A stretch of DNA of 56,357 bases, counting the filler, from Sluysia triapertura (taxonomy: Eukaryota): the NCBI GenBank assembly GCA_046118255.1. It is 4 parts of 4 records of this genome, joined end to end, with 100 filler letters (N's around TTAATTAATTAA, not from the genome) between each part and the next. Parts side by side here need not be neighbours in the genome. Positions count along the whole stretch, not along the records: positions 44,797 to 56,357 come from JBJNIA010183413.1; 3 more parts are not named here. One strand, given 5' to 3'. This document shows, piece by piece, positions 52,401 through 56,357 of this stretch. The notes below the pieces were generated by a model. The model was not told the DNA's origin. It did not search any database and was given only the letters and a program-made list of their open reading frames with translations. The translations under genes were made by a program, and so were the position numbers. Positions within the stretch are counted from its first letter, which is position 1. The number at the start of each line of letters is the position of its first letter.

Positions 52401-54249
52401 TTAAATAAGCAAGATATGCATCTTTCTATTAATGTGTGTAAATAGACAATGAGTGTGTGCTAATGTGTGTAAACATTTTATTTTATTGTATAGACATTTA
52501 ATATCGATTATTTTGTTACAATCACTGATTATTGAAAAACATTTTCGAAGTTAATATTATTATTGAATTATTGAAAAACATTTTATTGAAGCATTTTTGG
52601 AAAATTTATCAAATGTAAGTTATTTTATAAATTAAATAATTATTAAATAAATTATTATTAGCATTTTATTTTATAAAAAAGTGAAATAAATAATTAAACT
52701 AACGAAATATTGAATTATTAGAATACTAAATTGATTTGTTTAAATTATTAAAATATTAAATTATTTTGTTTATAGTGTAAAATTTGGTGATGATATTTAT
52801 CTAGATTTTAGTCTACTTAAGTTCTTTAGGATGTTAAGGAAATTAAGGGCTAAAACGTAAGTGACGTAAAAATAATTATTTGGAGGTTTTGTCTGTTTCA
52901 AAATTTCTGCCAACTAGCTAAAGAACTATTTCTATAATGTCAAGGATTCAGTTTCTGTTTTATTGCGATGACAGGTTAAAAATATGTATTTTACGTAGGA
53001 TCCCAATTAAATAGGATCTGCAGAAATGAATTTTAATATTAAACTAACAAAATACGAATGATTTTCGGTCAGTTTGTAACTCTGTAATTTTAATGCTGTC
53101 TTACGAATTAATTTAATCAATCACGAAAACAATTTAATAACTTATATTAAGACAAAAAATTATACCAAAACTTATAAAAATTATATATAATAAGTCTGTA
53201 TAAAGTTTAAAAACTTAAGTACTTTGAGGTAATTAATTTTTTGGATTATTTTTACTTCAATCTTTTAAACTGTTGAAAAAAAATTTTAGTAAGATTTTTA
53301 GTAAGAATTGCATCAAATAAAATGTTATACAACTTAAAGTAAATTAACCAACTGTTCGGTTTTCTATCTACACGAACAATTATAAAAGAAAATTTAATGA
53401 GCTGGGTCCGCCTACGCTAAACGATTAATCTTACCTAGAAGGACGTTTACGTAGGATTTAAAGCTGTCAAAAACTGAAGGTCAGAAGAACTTTTTATGCG
53501 TATAGGATTGATAGTTATCTTATTTAATAACTATGCTCTTTATTTTTTTTAAATTCTTTAATGTATCTCCTAAAGTATACTCCCTATTAACGGTACGAAC
53601 TCTTGTCTATAATAATTTTAATTTATAACTATGTTTCAAAGTCTTTATATGCGTAATATCAATAACTGTATTTTTAGGTTTTAATTCTCTTAACTTAATT
53701 TTCTAATCAATAATTTTTTAATGATTAATAAACTTTTAATCTTGACTAATTCACAACTTTAACACGAGAAAACTTTTATCTGGTAATGTTAATATTAACT
53801 ATTTTTACGAATCTATAATGCTTTACTTTTAATACCGTTTATTAATCGTTTTTTCTTTACTAAATCTTTTGATTTTAATAAACCCTTATTAATGAACAAA
53901 CCAAAATTCACTTAGAAACTTTTATTACTAAATTAAATTATGATACAACAATGTAATTTTATAAAATATTAAAATAAATAATATGAACTTATGGATCAAT
54001 GCAACAAGAAAAACAATAAAATTCAATTATAATAAAAATATAAATTTCAAATTTATAGTCTGATTTTAACCCAGAGGTTACCTTTGGGTTTCACTAAAAA
54101 TGTTACAAAGAGTTTAAGTAATATTTTAAGACCGTAAAAACCGGGTCAAAAACTTAAAAATAAAAGCTTACGTAATCGTATAAAATTAGTCTCCAAATGT
54201 ATATGAGAAGCTGATCGTCAATTGTCGAATTCCCAAATTAAACAATTTA

Positions 54250-54620
54250 TTCCGTTAATCAATATTTTTCCAATAAATCGAATCCAAACACCGTTAAATC
54301 GAATCGTTAATTAATATTTTTCCAGTAAATCGAATGTTCTAATGCCAAGCTTCCAATCAAACGTCAGAAATGATTTTCAAAAAATTCTTTTCTAATCTTG
54401 TGCTTTAAAAATTCTGTCTCTATAAATTCTACAAATTTACTTTATTTTTAAGCACCTTTTATACCTTTTTTAGTTCTTTGATGAATATTACTAATATAAT
54501 ATAAATATCCGTTTATTTTCGATTAAATAAATAAAGATTTCCGTTTAACGTAATAATAAATAAAGATTTAAATAAATTTTCGATTAAATAAATAAAGATT
54601 TCCGTTTAACGTAATAAATT
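54250..54620. repeat. Two short tandem duplications
   Basis: cgttaat(c/t)aatatttttcca(a/g)taaatcgaat twice (~54253, ~54305); ttttcgattaaataaataaagatttccgtttaacgtaataa twice (~54516, ~54577). Confidence 0.85.
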
Positions 54621-56284
54621 AAATAAATATAGTCATCCGTTTTATTATAAACAATTATTCAATTTATTTCCTAAATATTATGATTTTCAATTAAATAAAA
54701 TTAATACTTTTAATAGAATTAATACTTTTAATAATACAAAATTTCTTTAAAAAATTTAATATTTCTAATTTATTATATACAAAAAATTTTTCTAATATTT
54801 TCTTGCTAAGATTATATTATTTTATTTACATTTACAATGGTGTAGGAAATAATTCTATTCTAGTTATATTCGAGTACGTTTCTTGTATTTTGAAAAAATA
54901 ATAAATTATAAAATGATTTATTTATATTTTGTTATAACTTTTGTAAAAACCAATTTGATATTATAGGCACAATATGGAATAATTAGAAAATAATTATAAT
55001 AATCAGTTTATAAGCGAATAATTTGTTTAAATAGGCTAAGATCGAAAGAAATAGCAGCAAAAGTAAAAAACCAAAGAGAAACAAATTATCATCGAGACAG
55101 ATCACAGAAGATAACAGATTCCGCAGAAGTCAAAAGGCAAATTGTACAAGAGTATCGGAACTCAGCGAATAAAAATATAATGAATAATAAAATATATTGT
55201 TGTAAAATATTAATATTATCATTGTTTAAGTCGAGACAAAATCTTGAATTTTTTTAAAAATTTTAAAAATAAATTTATGAATATTGTAGAAAAAATGGAA
55301 TAAATTAAGATAATAAATGACTTTCAAGAGTATATAGATAATAAAATTAAAAAGTAATAAAAAATAATAATACGACTAATTATAATAAAATAATAAATAG
55401 TAAAAAATCAATATTTAATAAAGATGATTTAAAGTAATATTTAACATTCATTGAGCAACAAATAATAATGATAAAAATAAACGTACATCTATGTTACATT
55501 GTTGTTATTATTGAAATTATATTTAAAATTTTAGATGAATCGATGCGTGTTTGTGGTTTAGTGACACATTTAATGAAATCTAAGCTGCCAATTTACTTAT
55601 TCATAATCTACTAAGATTAATACTGTGACCATCTACAATTCACAGAATACGATTGGATAGGACTATATTGTTGGACTGATCGACGATCATGATACATTCT
55701 GCTTTTTGAATTTTAGTAAGTTTAGACATTATTAAACGGCAAAATCCATTTAAAATATTACCAAACAGATGTTAAAAGATTTGTATTAAGTTTCTTATTA
55801 ATCTTTATTATCATCATCATCATCATCGTAAACACTATCGTCTGTTTCATTATCCAATCATCTTCATCAATCAGTTGCTCATAATATAATTACTTCTTTA
55901 TTCAATGAAATGAGGATTGGCATTGATATAATCAAATCATATTTGAATGAATTGTCAGAAAGGGAACCAATTTTTTTAATTAAATTTATGAGGTTAATAT
56001 AATAATAGTAGTAATAATGTTGCTATTATTGCTATTTTTATTATTAACATTGTTGATATTATTATGATTTGTGTCATTATGAGAATGATATAAGATATGA
56101 ATTCTCTTTTTATGAAATGATGTTATTTAATGATCTTAAAAAGAAAAACGTATGGATAATAAATGAATTTAATGAATTATAATCTGAGGCAGCTTTAATG
56201 TTCCAAAATGTGAAGTGCTTGAGTTTGTATATGATCTGCATATGAGTTTGTTTCTTAATACAAGGCTGTTATCGAATGGTTTAA

Positions 56285-56342
56285 CCCTTTGACTACCAAT
56301 GGGACGATGGGTCCCACAGAAACTATGTTCTACATCAATGGG
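56285..56342. mobile_element. 58-bp piggyBac-like miniature element
   Basis: TTAA|CCCTTTGA...TCAATGGG|TTAA, with internal hairpin tgggac/gtccca. Confidence 0.7.
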
Positions 56343-56357
56343 TTAAAAGTAGCTTTA

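Noticed and set aside
53340-53500. Mitochondrial 16S rRNA insertion (ttcggttttctatcta, gagctgggt, aacgattaa resemble LSU domain V words)
   Set aside because: Motifs are short and in the wrong order; the most conserved LSU words (gacctcgatgttgg, gggataacag) were not seen.
54250-54620. CRISPR-like repeat-spacer pattern
   Set aside because: Only two-copy AT-rich tandem duplications in a eukaryotic context, with no cas genes.

Overview
Very AT-rich eukaryotic (animal-like) draft scaffold with four N-gaps (~11139-11238, 19164-19306, 22767-22866, 44697-44796). Intron-containing host genes: the last exon of an ANTP/HOXL-class homeobox gene (- strand, 19677-20315), three phase-compatible exons of an unidentified acidic protein (+, 29109-33126) and the last two exons of cytosolic aconitase/IRP1 (+, 50038-51329). 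Much of the rest is decayed transposons: a Ty3/Gypsy element at the left end, hAT, two mariners, pogo, an internally inverted Tc3-like element and a 58-bp piggyBac-like miniature. Most notable are intronless, decayed copies of host genes: a PPP1R21/KLRAQ-like copy directly behind the Gypsy pol, and a KDM1B/LSD2 zinc finger-CW(-SWIRM) half lacking the amine oxidase. The latter sits in a 34-49 kb array of same-orientation units, each a decayed minus-strand ORF next to a non-coding block with related hairpins/motifs, AAT microsatellite and G/T strand skew. Two of these hairpins (11.0 kb and 42.6 kb) show compensatory base changes. This suggests an undescribed gene-capturing or retrocopy-expressing repeat family. 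All protein assignments are by-eye comparisons with remembered family motifs; no database search was run.
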